Below are positions 25,276 through 38,669 of a DNA stretch of 64,000 nucleotides, piece by piece (the stretch's first letter is position 1; each line of letters starts with the position of its first letter). A program made the translations under genes and the position numbers. The notes beneath the pieces were generated by a model. The model was not told the DNA's origin. It ran no database searches and worked only from the letters and a program-made list of their open reading frames with translations. The DNA comes from Lama glama (lineage: Eukaryota): positions 6,016,001 through 6,080,000 of the forward strand of contig CM052832.1 of assembly GCA_028534125.1 (NCBI GenBank), written 5' to 3'.

Positions 25276-25737
25276 TACATGAATATTGAACTAACAAAAT
25301 AGTAGCATTTATATTTAGAATTTCCCTTCACTCGCTTCAACTTTTAAATTTCAGATTTAGGAATGCACTGATTCTATGGGAAATGCCGCCAAAACCACAT
25401 TATCACCACTCATAATTGTCACAGGGAGGAAAGCACATGAAAAGACAGCTCTATAGGCATGAGTAAAGAAAAATTAGAAGAAGACAACATGCAAACAAAT
25501 GGGCTGAAATAGTGAGAATTACCTAATATCCACGCCCCCCTCCATGTTAAATAAAACAGTAGAGTAAAAAGGTCAGAAGAAGAGAATGCCAATTGTGATT
25601 TACCACTCAGTGGTTAAATAACCTCAGAGTTACAATTTCTTCACCTTTAAAGGTGGAGGGGGTGACACTAACTACAAAAATTATGAGGACTTAACATAAG
25701 AAAGTACTGAAAAGTTCTCTGTGCACCAAAGAACACC

Positions 25738-26600
25738 ATTCATTCACTCATCCATTGAGAAACACTGATACTATTCCAGAAACTGGGTATGCAGCAGTGA
25801 ACAAAACAAAACATATACTCTAATGTGGGAGTAGACAGACAATAAGAAAATAAGTAAGAAACTGAAACAAATGTATCAAAGAAAGATCAAAGAAGACAAG
25901 AGAATTAAAGAATGGGAGACAGAAGCTTTTTGCTGTTTTATACAGAGCTGTTAAAAAATGCCTCACTGAAAAGGTGACTTCTGAGCAGAATCCTAAAATC
26001 AAACTGAAAGCCGTTAAAGGGTATCTCAAAGAACATTCTGGGCAAAAGTATTCAGCAAGGACAAAGGCTGTTGAGACAGGAATGTTCCTGACACCTTTAA
26101 AAACAGTAAGAAGACTAATGAGAACAAAGGGGAGGGTTAAGTAGGAGACAAAGTCAGAGAGTTGGGGTAGGCATCTGGGGGGTCCACCAGATCTTGGAGG
26201 GTTTTGTAGCCAATTTAAGAAGACTCTGGCCTTTACTCTAAGATGTACAGCTACTAGAGGGTTAGCACGTTAACATGCAGTAGAGAGGTAATGGCAAGTA
26301 AGAGACTACTGCAATTATATGGAAAAGATAACTTACATCAAGGTAGCAGCAGCTGAGGTGATAAAAGAAAACACTTTCTGTACATTTACTTAGTAGGTGA
26401 CAAAGTCTATTACTGAATCAAGTCTAGAGTGTGACATTATAAAGAAGAGTAAAGATGAATCCAATTCTTTAGCCTAAGTAAAAGGAGGACAGAGTTGCAT
26501 TAACTTGGATGAGGGAGACTGTATAGCGCAAACGTGGGTGCAGAGAAAAGATCAGTTTTGACCATCTTAGTGTAAGATGCCTATTAGATGTCTAAATGGA
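25738..26600 (-). mobile_element. L2 LINE 3' portion
   Basis: cattcactca start, gcagcagtgaacaaaac, cctcactgaaaaggtgacttctgagcag, tgtaagatgcctattagatgtctaaatggag. Confidence 0.75.
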
Positions 26601-28269
26601 GATTTTCATGGGCTTAAGGTGGGGAGAAGACTTAACAAGGGAAGTACCAGTAGATACAGTCACTGGCTTTATAAAGAAGGAGGAAAACTGAAAGCAAGCC
26701 CTACTTAGCAAACAAGTAGAATCTGAAAGGTGACAAAAGGACACTCTAAACAAGAAAGGCTAAGTGTATTTGACAAGATAAAAGAGTGGTCATTTGATCA
26801 TAAAAACAGACAAACATCACTTCCTTGGAGAAGCAAAGCTTTTCCTGAAAATGACTACTAAAAGATACTAATCTTGAGATTCTATGGAGAAACCACTGAG
26901 TAATAGAATAAATTTGCCACAATCCTACAAAAAAATATGTAATAGGGGCTTTCTTATAGCTTTTATTCCATAGTTCTTCAAGGAAAACTGAGGGCATAAA
27001 AATAAATTACCCATAAAGGCTCAAGTAATAGTGTCTACCTACTGTCTAGAGTCAAAATTGCCTTCTTAGCACTGACAGCTAGCGTTTAACTGTTCAAACT
27101 GTTCAAACATCATCCCATATATCTTAGTCTATTTATTTAAAGAAGAAAAGAGCTCTACTAAATGTAAAGAAGTATAAGAAGAAATCATGTAAAATATCAA
27201 ATATAGTGGATACGGCACTCCAATACTGTGAGCAAAATGTAACATTTTATAATGTACATTCGGCAATTCTTGTAACAGCTACTAAAAACATACGCTATTT
27301 CACTGACTAAAAAAGACTGTTAAAACACCAGTTACAGACAGAAGATGCTATATTTTGTTAGGACACAGGAATGGAGGACATCAATTCTCTAAGTCATAGT
27401 GCATAAGATATCAAAATTTTAAATTAAAACTTAAAGGACTCTATACCTTTACCACTGAAGTTTTAAAGACCTTCTAAGCACTCACTTCCTGGCATTCACA
27501 TCAATATGCAAAAACTTTCTGCCTAAAAATTAGACTTAAAAAAAAAAGGAATTGCAGTGTACTTCAACCACTGACTTCCCACCCCATAATCACGAAGATC
27601 CACATTTAGAATGCGCTGTTATTGTAAAGGGGTTAAGCAAGCAAGGAAGTACATTTTTAACAGATATAATTCTGCAAGGTTACTAAAATTTAAATAAGGC
27701 TGAATAGTGCAAGAAACTGCCCAAAGAATTTATAATGATGAAAGGAATAAACTACATCCAAATTAAAATTTGATTATCTTTTGCTAGTGGTCCCACATGG
27801 ACTTTAAATTTTATACATATTTTAAGGGTTCAGTTTACATGGCATCATAAAGATAATTTCACTTTAAGTTTTAATTCACACTAAATTTCAATGTTAAAAA
27901 TAAATACCAAGAGATCCAATACCTTTGAAACATAAGGAATACCAATGTGCACCAGAAGTAATTCGGGGGGCAGTCTGCAAAGTGGTAAGTATACCATTAA
28001 ATTTAAGTCAGATGTTTTCAGCCTTATGCTTGTTCTCTAATGGTGTTTATGCATCCTAAAAATGTAAGTTCTGACTTCAGAGTTGATACCAAGTATCCTG
28101 AAACAGTAAGTGTAACATAAAACAGTAAATGACTCCTCTCTTTATTCCCATTTCAATGACTGTCTATCTTGCAATGGAATCAGTACCTGCATAGAAGATC
28201 GATTTCACTGTCCCAACCCCACCTGACTCTAACGCCCAGTAATAAAAACTGCTCTAATTAACTACTGTA

Positions 28270-28780
28270 GAATCCAGCCGTCCCACTTCTGGGTATGCAC
28301 CCAAAGTGAACGCAGGTCTGCATACCCACATTTAGCAGCATTATTCACAACTGCCAGGAGGAGGAAGCAACTCAAAAATCCATCAATGAATAGATAAACA
28401 AAATGTGGTACATACATACAATGAAATCTTGCTGAATCTAAACAAAGGAAATTCTGCTACAACATGAATGAACCTTGAGGACATTTTGCTAAGTGAAATA
28501 CGTTAATCACAAAATGACAAAAATTGTATAATTTCATTTATATGAGGTATCTAAGGTAGTCAAATTCATAGAAACAGAAGGTAGAATAGTGGTTCCAGGG
28601 GTGGGGGGGCTTGAGGGGGTCAACAATGAGGATTGTTTAACGGATATCAAGTTTTGATTTTGCAAAATAAAAAAGTTCTGGAGAGCTACTGCATGACAAT
28701 ATGAATATACGTAACACTGATAAACTTTATACTAAAAAATGGTTACGGTGATAAATTTTACGTGATGTGTTTTTTATAAT
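28270..28780 (+). mobile_element. L1MA/L1MB-like 3' end
   Basis: cccacttctgggtatgcacccaaa, atgaaccttgaggacattttgctaagtgaaata, gtcaaattcatagaaacagaaggtagaatagtgg. Confidence 0.85.
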
Positions 28781-30143
28781 AACAGTTTTCCCCAAAAACT
28801 CTATATAGAGGAAAACCAGGGAAAGAACAATCAGGGAGAAAAGCAGGCGTTTGGAAGATAACATCCAAGCTAAGATAGTTGCAGTCAGAGTTGCAAATTA
28901 CATTGTGAATGTTTCTTGGAACACTTCTGAGAAGATGAAAATCTGCAAAGTAAGTTTAAAAAAAAAAGTGGAAAACAATATATTCTGTTCAGAAGTATCT
29001 TCCACTTCTTATAGTCAGGTCATTTCACTCTAGATTCAAAAATACTTCAGTTTATATTTGTCTTACCCCCCAGAGGCCTGGAACGTCAGTTCTGGACTAC
29101 ACAGAGGGTTCCATACCCTCATTAAAACCAACACAGCACTTAGCACATAAAGGCTTAAGAAATAGTCACTTGATTACAAACTGGCCTTGACTTCTTCCTA
29201 AGTTCATATATTTTATTCTAAAAATTAGAGCAGAGTTAAAACTACTCATCAAATTAATTTATACCTTCATTCTGTTATTTATTCATTATTACTAAAACTG
29301 ATTCCTAAAACCCTTACCTGAAAATTTGGTATTATTTATAGTTAACCAGCAGATTTTCCTCAATATCTCATTCATTATTCCTAGCTCTCATTACTAGATT
29401 TACTATATACTGTTTACTTCCCAAAACAAACTAACAGTATTTCATGACTATGTAAGGTAACACAGTTCTCCCCATCACTTTCTAAAATTCCGAAGTTTCT
29501 TCTACATCATTTCAGAAATCGAATTCACTCCATTTTTCACACTCAGCACAATCTATTGAGATCACCAAAGATTATAATATTGCTTTTCAAGCATTAATTC
29601 TTTAATGAATGAATATAAAAGCAAATAAAAATTTTTCAATCATACTTTCGAATGGTGAGCAAGTTTAAGGTTAATTTATAGATGAGTCTCTAAATGACAG
29701 AGATCACAAAATAATTAAATGACATTCAGGCTGCACACGGAAAACAAAATCAATTATGTGAATATGGAAAACAACCAAAGGAGGATTTTTTTAAACTGCT
29801 AATATTTCTGAAGTAGTCAGGCCATTTGCTAACTCTGACCAAAACTGTATTTAAGCACATCTTAAGTGGGAAGAAATCAGATAACGTAAGTAGTATCATT
29901 TGATAATCAGGGTATTAGAGGTTTATTTTGGGTTGAGGTAGACATCAGAAGGAAAAATATTAAATTATTTGTCTAGATATGTAGGCAAATAGTTCATTTT
30001 AAGTCCCTGTCATAAGCTCCTTTTTTTAAGTAGACAAACTAAAGTTCATAGTTCAAAAGAACAGAGTTTTAAAAGACAAAAAAATAAACACTAGGTCATA
30101 CATAAGTTTATTTAAATCCATTCAAATTTTTTAAATAGTCTAC

Positions 30144-30264
30144 CTGAATCCTCCTGGGCTTCGTGAGTTTCACCATCATATGTTACCTCTAATTCTTTCA
30201 CAAAATTTGAGGGAAACAGTCCCAACTTGTTGTTCAGGGTTCCACTCCACCAGCCTTCTTCTAC
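30144..30264 (-). CDS. CD2AP: CD2AP coding exon 5 (121 nt), SH3B second half: [40 protein letters not shown](E)
   Basis: Acceptor ctttcag|GTAGAA, donor TCAG|gtagac; WW and GLFPSNFV motifs. Confidence 0.98.
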
Positions 30265-30331
30265 CTGAAAGAGTTCACAACTCAAAACTCAGAAACAGAA
30301 GGCGGGAAGTATGAAGAGCTCAGAACTTTCA

Positions 30332-30831
30332 NNNNNNNNNNNNNNNNNNNNNNNNNNNNNNNNNNNNNNNNNNNNNNNNNNNNNNNNNNNNNNNNNNNNN
30401 NNNNNNNNNNNNNNNNNNNNNNNNNNNNNNNNNNNNNNNNNNNNNNNNNNNNNNNNNNNNNNNNNNNNNNNNNNNNNNNNNNNNNNNNNNNNNNNNNNNN
30501 NNNNNNNNNNNNNNNNNNNNNNNNNNNNNNNNNNNNNNNNNNNNNNNNNNNNNNNNNNNNNNNNNNNNNNNNNNNNNNNNNNNNNNNNNNNNNNNNNNNN
30601 NNNNNNNNNNNNNNNNNNNNNNNNNNNNNNNNNNNNNNNNNNNNNNNNNNNNNNNNNNNNNNNNNNNNNNNNNNNNNNNNNNNNNNNNNNNNNNNNNNNN
30701 NNNNNNNNNNNNNNNNNNNNNNNNNNNNNNNNNNNNNNNNNNNNNNNNNNNNNNNNNNNNNNNNNNNNNNNNNNNNNNNNNNNNNNNNNNNNNNNNNNNN
30801 NNNNNNNNNNNNNNNNNNNNNNNNNNNNNNN
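30332..30831. other. Assembly gap (500 N) in intron 4
   Basis: Run of N. Confidence 1.
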
Positions 30832-31324
30832 TAAATCTCACTCTAAGATGCTAAAATGAGGGCAAGTGCTTTTGAATGTGAATGTAATAATTCAAACAAG
30901 ACAAAGCTTTTTTAAATATTCTGCTTTTGTATACCTTTGCTATATGCAAAAGGTAAAAATCCTACTTTACGACATTGTGCCAAAAGTGAATTAAAGATCA
31001 AAGAAAAGTTTATATTCTTAGCTACTTGGATTACATTCATTTTAGCTTTAAAAAGGTCTTTTTAACTTCCTAAAGTCAACAGATACAAATATAGCACACA
31101 AATAGCATCGCAAAGATGATTAAAGCTTTATTTCTACAGATAAGACAGTCTTACTTCAAGTCATTAAAGACCCATTTTAAAGTCTGTTACCTTAAACTTT
31201 GTATAAAAAAACGATAAAACTGGCAAAATAAACTGAACAAATTAATATTCTTACAAGGCATTTTTCTAACACCCAGAGCACCAATTGCAATCGCTGCTTC
31301 ATCTCTAAAACGCGTCTTCCTCAC

Positions 31325-31425
31325 CTCTTCACTAACGTCAATAACATCTCCCACTTTCAGCTCCAGTTCATCGTCATTTTGTGGGATGTATTCAAAGAGA
31401 ACTCTACACTGACGCTTCTTGGTCT
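31325..31425 (-). CDS. CD2AP: CD2AP coding exon 4 (101 nt), SH3B first half: (K)[33 protein letters not shown]
   Basis: Acceptor cctttag|AGACCA, donor GAG|gtgagg; also in ORF track 31187..31441. Confidence 0.98.
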
Positions 31426-31861
31426 CTAAAGGAAGTAACACGAAAAAATTAAGTTAAGAAAGGTCGTTAAAACAAACAGTAGCACCTTTATTTACACACT
31501 ACGTTTACTGTCACACCATTTGTATATATGAATGAAAACAGAACATGTAAGCGTTCTAAACAGCTAAATCACAATCTGTTCCGGTTGGCTTTCCACCTTG
31601 TTCCCTACGCTACAATCTCTTCATCCTAAAAGAAATTCAAATCCATTACAAATAGGTAGGCTCCCAGCAATGAAATCTACTTATACATCTGATCCCACTA
31701 ATTATACAAAAGTAAAGTATCTACTGCCAGTTTTGAGACTAGAGACAGTCAATAAAGGACACTGTTGGCACAACAAAGTTATCAAAGACGCACATTTACT
31801 ACAGACAATCACTCCAAGCCAGTGATTTTCAGACTACTTCCTGATCAAAGTCTAGAAATAC

Positions 31862-32078
31862 TTTATTTTTTATTATAGTCAGTTACAACGGGTCAATTTC
31901 TGGTGTACAGAATAATGTTTCAGTCATACAAATACATACATATATTCCTTTTCATTATAGGTCACTACAAGGTATTAAATATAGTTCCCTGTGCTATACA
32001 GAACAAATTTTTTAATCTTTTTCTATATAATAGTAGTTACTATTTGCAAATCTTGAACTCTCAATTTATCCCTTTCCA
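31862..32078 (-). mobile_element. Short 5'-truncated L1 3' end (camelid-type), same sense as CD2AP
   Basis: Reverse complement resembles 36936-37085; imperfect TSD tctagaaatactt/tctaagaatactt. Confidence 0.8.
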
Positions 32079-33049
32079 TTCTAAGAATACTTCAAATACA
32101 CTAATTTAAAAGTATCTGTGTTTTAAAAAGATAAAATGCACAATGTAAAATGTATTTTATCTTCTTTAATAGATCTATTTTCTGACATAAAAATCAAACT
32201 CAGGTGAAGATAAAAATAATATTACTTTAACTTTACAAATAAGTTTCATTTATTCAGACAAGTGATGGCTATTTAGGCCTTTAAAAAATGTAACTTGATT
32301 CTTTTTCATGAGTATCAGTATCTTTTTAAATGACTTAAAGTGAATAAAGAGTATTAATTAGCACATTCCTGCCTCCAAAAAATATTTATCAATTAACTTT
32401 GAACAACCTAGGGTATCTTTCAGTGAAAAGCTTTCTTATTGTTGCTTTTCCTCTCACACTAGCATAATTCTCCAGTGTTTTTTTCCAAAACAGTGTGCAA
32501 AATTATTTGCAAAGCAATTTTTCATTTTTCAAAGGAAACAGCCACATTGGATAACACCATCTAAACAGCCCCTATTATTGCCACAAAATGTGAGTCATTT
32601 ACTTAAAAAAGAAAAAAATTTCTTATGAGTCCATATTTTTACATAATTCACTCATAAGCTAAGGTCACTGCTTTATTGAACTTACCTATTAATTGGCAAC
32701 ACAAAGGAATTTAGAGATTTGTTCACATTTCAAATGGCATATACAATGTCTACCATACACAATGGTCAAATAAATATAGATTTTCTACAAGGTATCAGAA
32801 CCTTTGCTAAACACAAAAGAAAATAAAATATATGTAAGAGTAGAGTTGTCAATAAAAGGATGCATGAAATTAAGTCCATTTTTAAAAATAACTGTAACTA
32901 GTATTTTCTTAAGATAAGAAACCTCCATATAGCTTTTCAGATCTACAAAGAGATTAATGATAAGAAAGTTTTTTTAAATCAGGATTGTATACATAAAGCT
33001 ATTAACAAGGAAGAGGATAAAGAAGGTACACCAAAAGCAGGGACATTAT

Positions 33050-33260
33050 TTTTTTATCTTTTATGTACCAACACTACTCTAAGTCCTTCACAAACAAAAG
33101 ATCATAGAAACTTGCTACAAACATCTCCCACACAAAAGATCATAGAAACTGGTTATACGTACCATCTCACCAATGAGGAACAGGAACTCAGCAGTAATTG
33201 TCCAAGACCATAGAGCGAGAGAGAGAGGCAAAACTCGAAGTGTGCCCACTTCTGCCTCCT
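33050..33260 (-). mobile_element. MIR SINE remnant with a small internal duplication
   Basis: ccatctcaccaatgaggaacaggaactcag core; acaaaagatcatagaaact occurs twice. Confidence 0.55.
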
Positions 33261-36200
33261 ACTCTCTGCCCTTCCAGTTCACCAGGCTGCCTCCTTTACA
33301 GATACACACAGTTCATGCACTCTAGCCAGGCTGGACCCATAATCCCTGAAAATACCACGAACTGACTTGCTTATCTCTGTGGCTCTTCCAAAGGTTGCAA
33401 TTTGAACTGGAATGCCATACTCCCCAGTCTTCACGTGACTGACAACGTCCTACCTGAAGAAGAGCTTAGATACACCTTGTTTGATGACTCTGGTATAGAA
33501 GTGCCCTTTCATTTGAACCTTTGAATCTTCATTTGAACTGCACATTATATTTGTCTCTAATACGGTTCTTAATAGTATAAAACTCTGTAAAAATAACAAA
33601 TATTTATCAGGCACTTCTTATAATATTTACTTAGCATGTTAATACCTCTAAAACGCCTTGAGGTAATTATTACTATCATCCCAGTGGTATTACAGTAACT
33701 TGATGCTTTCCTCTGTGAGTTCTGAATCATTACCCACATCCAGCTTTAAATGGCAGATTTGATTGCCCACACTAACACCGTTCTATGACCTTCATACCCA
33801 TGGGTATTACGATACTCAGCATATAAATGTTGAATAATTTCAGAAGAACCATTTAGAAATGTTTTATATTTTTAGAAAAGCAAAATCAAACTGTGGGAAA
33901 CTTCACACTCAGTGAAGTAACTTTCCTTATTGTTTCTACTAAAATAGAAAATTCTGTATTTTCAATTGTAGTTTGGTCATGAAGAATGGCAAGTATGTGA
34001 TAGTTCTGAAAAATAGATCTAAATATTCAGATCAAACAAAGCTCTTAAATTATGGAACTATTTCTCACTGATGATCATTGTTTTAATTTTTCTATCAAAT
34101 ACTAAAGTGAAGAACATACCACACTCAGAAGTTGGGAGGCTAAATGTTAAAATTTCAGAGACAGTAACAATAAGATTCTTGACCCATTTTTGGTTCTATT
34201 TGGTTCTAGAAAGTCTATCTTCAGGTTTTAAAGTCTATCTTCAGCATTTAAATTTTTCTAATATAAAAAAATTTTTTTATATCTTTTTCTCCAGTAAACA
34301 AAGATCATCATTAAAAGTTAAGAAACATTGAGACTGATCCATTTGCTACATGGTTGAATCATCTTTAAAAGTTTTTTTCTTATTCTCAGCAATAAAAAAA
34401 ATCATATTACTTAGGCCATTAAGTGAAAAATTCAAGCTATGCAAGAGTCTAGCTAGTTGAGATAGAGCATTTAAGACAATCAAAATCTTTCAAAATATTA
34501 CCACCAACATGAAGAAAAAAACTCATGTGATTAGGGATGAAGTATCATGTCTTCAATATACTTTCAAATGACTTAAGTTTTTAAAATGTATTTATATATG
34601 TAGAGAGATAAAGCCAATATAACAAAATGTTAACAGCAAACTTAGGTCAAGAATATACTGTGTTCAGTGTACAATTACTACTTCAACTTTTCTGTAAGAT
34701 TTTAAATTTTTCAAAATAAAATACAAAGTCAGAACACCCTACTCCATTCATTCCGTCGCTGGGAAGGACTCATTTGAGTGAATCTCTTTCCCCTTGTAAG
34801 TCAAGAGTATTTTAATGTCACAGAAGAGAGCCTGAATTACTAACATGCCTATTTTTCAGAAATTTATTCTGTGAAGGTGTAAAGTCAGTGATCATATTTT
34901 GATGATACTCAGAATTTTCATTATTTTCTTCAGCACTGACTCAAAATCAGAAGCATGCTACCAATTATTTTTTGAGAATGAAACACTGCGTAGACTGGCA
35001 TTCTAATCAATTAATTTTTCATGCATCATCATTTCTTTCTGTACAATTACACTAGTGATCCATCAGTATCAATCTCAATGCATCTTTCACATTCAAAATA
35101 ACTATTACCTAGATGAAAAATCATTTCTGTAGCATGAGTTCCCACTCACAAGGAATACAGGGTTACAAGCTCTGATGTCTTGCTCACACACGGCATGAGT
35201 AGATTCATACCTGGCATCCATTTTTTCCAAATATAAAGTAGAATATCTACTAATATTCCACACTGAATGTTATATAGAACTGTGATGCTGAAAGATGTCA
35301 GTTTTTTACTTTGAAAGTAAAACACTCTACACCATTATCTTTGGGCCTGATTTTATAAGGGTCTCAGCAGTAATGTCATTTGTGCCTGTTTTTGCTATGA
35401 GAAGTAAAAATTGGTTTCGTTTCTGTAACTTTAGCAACTTATTGCAATCAACTCTGCCCTGGAAAATTGTCTGTGCTCACTCTAGAAAATACGAGTTTGT
35501 CTCACGAAAAAAGGTATTATGCTTAACTTACAAGCAATAGCAAAAGTTTCGATGGTTTTATGACTAGACCTCACAAAAAAGCCAACGCTTTTTGGCTTTG
35601 GAGACCAGAGGAAAACAGCTAACAACTCCAGTCCCCAGATATTTATCTTACTATCTATGTGAACTTCTCCTTTTTAGTTGCGTAGACAAAATTCAACACA
35701 CAGGCAGATTCACTTGTCTTGGCACCGAAAGATTTCAACTGAACCTTCACACTGCAGTGTTTATCACTGTCAACCTTTTAATGGTTTGGCTTTTTTTTTT
35801 AATATGAATGGCATTGGTTAAAAGTGTACATACTACTATTTTAAATTACAATGAAACATTTTTGAAGAACTGATCTATTTCATAAATTAAGGATACACTA
35901 CAAACTAACAGTAACCAAAAAAACTGATTAAAAAAAAGGTAGCTGCTTTTCCTGGAAAAGTCAGCTGAAAGCAAAAACAAACAACCCGCATCCTGTTTTA
36001 AATGTTAACACCAAATGACCAATTTAGTCTTCGCAGCACTTGTACTTAAAAACAAGTTATGGAGGATCCTTAGGAAAAAGCTTAAGCCTCCCGGGCCCCG
36101 TCCCAACCATATAATCGTTTTTCCTTCTTACAAGAAAAGTTATGACCAGCGTTCCTGAGGAAGGTAAAATTAAGCGTGTCCTTCCCTATTAGAGACAGAA

Positions 36201-36935
36201 TAACCTTGAAGCCCTTTGTCTAGCCCCTACTTAAGAAGAGATTTATACTCTGAGAGCTCAGTAAAGCTAAAGAAAGTGGCAAATAAATTTTACAATAGAC
36301 AGAGGTCATAAATAACCCTTTCGTGGGCCTAAAACTTCTCATTGTGCACAGAAATTCTATATAGAGGTTCATCTGTAGGATGTGGAATTGACTCTGTTAT
36401 CTAACCCCAATCTCCAGAGTTCAGAGTCCAGGGCAATTACAACTACTGAACACTCCCACCTTCAGGCAGTAGTCTCAAAGCAGGATGGGTAATACCTAAA
36501 TATTGTTTGCACACTGCATTCACTGGGAAACAAAGAACACACAGAACCCTTTAACTGGTCTGTTTCATTTTTATGAAAATCTGTTTTCATTTTATGAAAA
36601 TAATCAAAAGGTGATATAACCTAGAAAGCAGAGGTTTCCCCAGACTTCACAGACAGTAGCATAGAAAGTAACAGGTTGAGATTATTAAAGTCATTATAAG
36701 TCTTACATTTGTGAAATGTATTTAAACAAAATTTGTAAAATTTCTTTATTGTAAACTACGTGGTATACAAGGGATTTTAGTACCAACATCAAACACAAGG
36801 GACCACTAACATCAAAGACACTGATCTAAGATAAATGTGGTTAAATACTCATTCATAACTTATTACATCAAACTGAACATAGTAGTCAGTATTCACTCTC
36901 TCAAGGGGCTCCAGGTTTACTATATTAAAACACTA

Positions 36936-37087
36936 CCAAGGAACTATATTCAATATCTTGTAGTAACCTACAATGAAAAAGAATATGAAAAGGAATATAT
37001 GTATGTACATGTATGACTGAAACTTTACGCTGTACACCAGAAATTGACACACTGTAAACTGACTATGCTTCAATTAAAAAACAAAAC
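36936..37087 (+). mobile_element. Short 5'-truncated L1 3' end
   Basis: ggaactatattcaatatcttgtagtaacc...gctgtacaccagaaattgacacactgtaaactgactatgcttcaattaaaaa; TSD aaaacacta at 36927-36935 and 37088-37096. Confidence 0.85.
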
Positions 37088-37469
37088 AAAACACTATCTG
37101 CTTCCATAAATGTTATACCTCTTTGTACATGTTTAATACCTTCTTTAGTAATAGTCTTTCTAAGACTGTAAGTTTATAAGAACAGCAATTTACCAGTCTT
37201 TTCTTTTTTTTGTCTTTTTACCACTTTCTCATCAGCAGCAAAATACAATTTAAAAGAGTTTAAATGATCCAAGGTCGTAAGACAGCCTCAAACTTAAGTC
37301 TGATTTCAAGTGTGGTGCTCTTCCTCTATCCTGAACTGTTCTCTTAACCTATTTACAGAGTATCACACAGATAAAGGATACTCCACTGGGCCAACCACCT
37401 GGGAAAACTGAATGTACATGTTCAGATGACTAACCACTAAAAAAAACTGGGGAGTGGGACACATAATTA

Positions 37470-37552
37470 TATTTATTTATTTATTTTAATGGAGGTACTG
37501 GGGATTGAACCCAGGACCTCGTGCATGATAAGCACATGCTCTACCCTCCCCG
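37470..37552 (-). mobile_element. Vic-1-type tRNA-derived SINE lacking its A box
   Basis: Reverse complement ggggagggtagagcatgtgcttatcatgcacgaggtcctgggttcaatccccagtacctcca plus (taaa)n tail. Confidence 0.8.
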
Positions 37553-37828
37553 CTAAAAAAAAAAAACTTACCAAATGCTTGCATCTATACTGCTTAAGCA
37601 TGAGTGGATCTTTCGGCATTTCATTAAATAAATGGAATTAAAGAAAATTTAAGGCAAGGTGTTAACTATTCAGCAGAGCCTGTAAGACTAGTAAGAAAAC
37701 AAAGCCTTTTATCTTAAACTCTGATTCCTACAGATAGGAAGTTATAGGGAGTAAGACAGCAAGTACGAAGTTATAAAGCATCCTTCTATTTTGATTTGAA
37801 TAAATAGGAAAAAAAATTATTTACATAC

Positions 37829-37982
37829 TCTTCTTAATGTTTTTGGTTTGTGGATGTGGTTGAATTCCTCCAGCGAGAAGTCCATAGGTGCTTATTCGTT
37901 GTACAAGACTTGCTACATTCCCATGCCTTTCCCGTTTGATGGGCAAACTGTCATCCTTGGATTCTGTCTCTCTCTTAACCTC
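37829..37982 (-). CDS. CD2AP: CD2AP coding exon 3 (154 nt): [51 protein letters not shown](K)
   Basis: Acceptor ttttgtag|GAGGTT, donor AAGA|gtatgt; phase 0-1. Confidence 0.97.
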
Positions 37983-38304
37983 CTACAAAAGGAGAAATCA
38001 GTAAGCAGGTAAATTAAGTTGTATATTATTAAATTAAACTCTCAAATGTAAAATACCAAAACCAGGTACAGTGATCATTACATAAAACATAGTATCAACA
38101 GTTTTCAACCTTTTTCTCTGCCCACACATATTTAAAGAATACAACACACTTCGGTAACAGTGACTCACTATGAGTTTAAGTCTTATCAGAACGAGAGATG
38201 AAAGTAAAGAAAGTGACACTGAATCCACCTCCACCCCAACATACAAAAAACACATAAACACACACGCACATAAGCAAACAGTAAGACAAACGATAATTCT
38301 AAGT

Positions 38305-38633
38305 CAGGGGTGGGCAAACTTTTTCCATAATGGGCCAGACAGTAAAATGTTCTAGGATTTGTAGGCCATACAATCTCTGTGCCAACAATGAACTCTGCCA
38401 CCCGCAGAGCAAAAGCAGTCATATACATAAATGAATGAGTGTAGCTATTATCCAAGAAAATTTTATTTATGGACACTTAAAATTTCAAATTTCACATCAT
38501 TTTCATGTCATTAAATATTGTTCTTTATTTGATTTTTTTCCAACTACTTGTAAAATTCTTAACTAGCATTCGTGGGCACTACAAAAACAGGTGGTGTTTC
38601 GATTTGGCCCATGGGCTGTTTGATTAAACCCTG
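38305..38633. mobile_element. MER58-type hAT-Charlie MITE
   Basis: Ends caggggtgggcaaac ... aaaccctg; 8-bp TSD ttctaagt/ttctcagt, diagnostic of hAT. Confidence 0.85.
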
Positions 38634-38669
38634 TTCTCAGTCATAGGTCTAACAGGAGATAAGTGAACC

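Noticed and set aside
23640..26600. Convergent L2 pair as a long RNA hairpin or circRNA driver
   Set aside because: Both copies are ancient and too diverged for me to see any extended complementarity.
29311..29330. ttttcag|GTAAGG on the minus strand, a recursive-splice-like site
   Set aside because: Very short pyrimidine tract, the intron is only about 10 kb, and no plausible partner site was found.
35295..35540. 81-aa plus-strand ORF and a 43-codon minus-strand frame after ttttccag
   Set aside because: No recognisable homology; the minus-strand frame is out of phase with intron 3 and hits TGA immediately in the CD2AP frame.
36559..36600. Tandem 21-bp duplication tctgtttcatttttatgaaaa
   Set aside because: Two imperfect copies only; ordinary slippage with no array structure.
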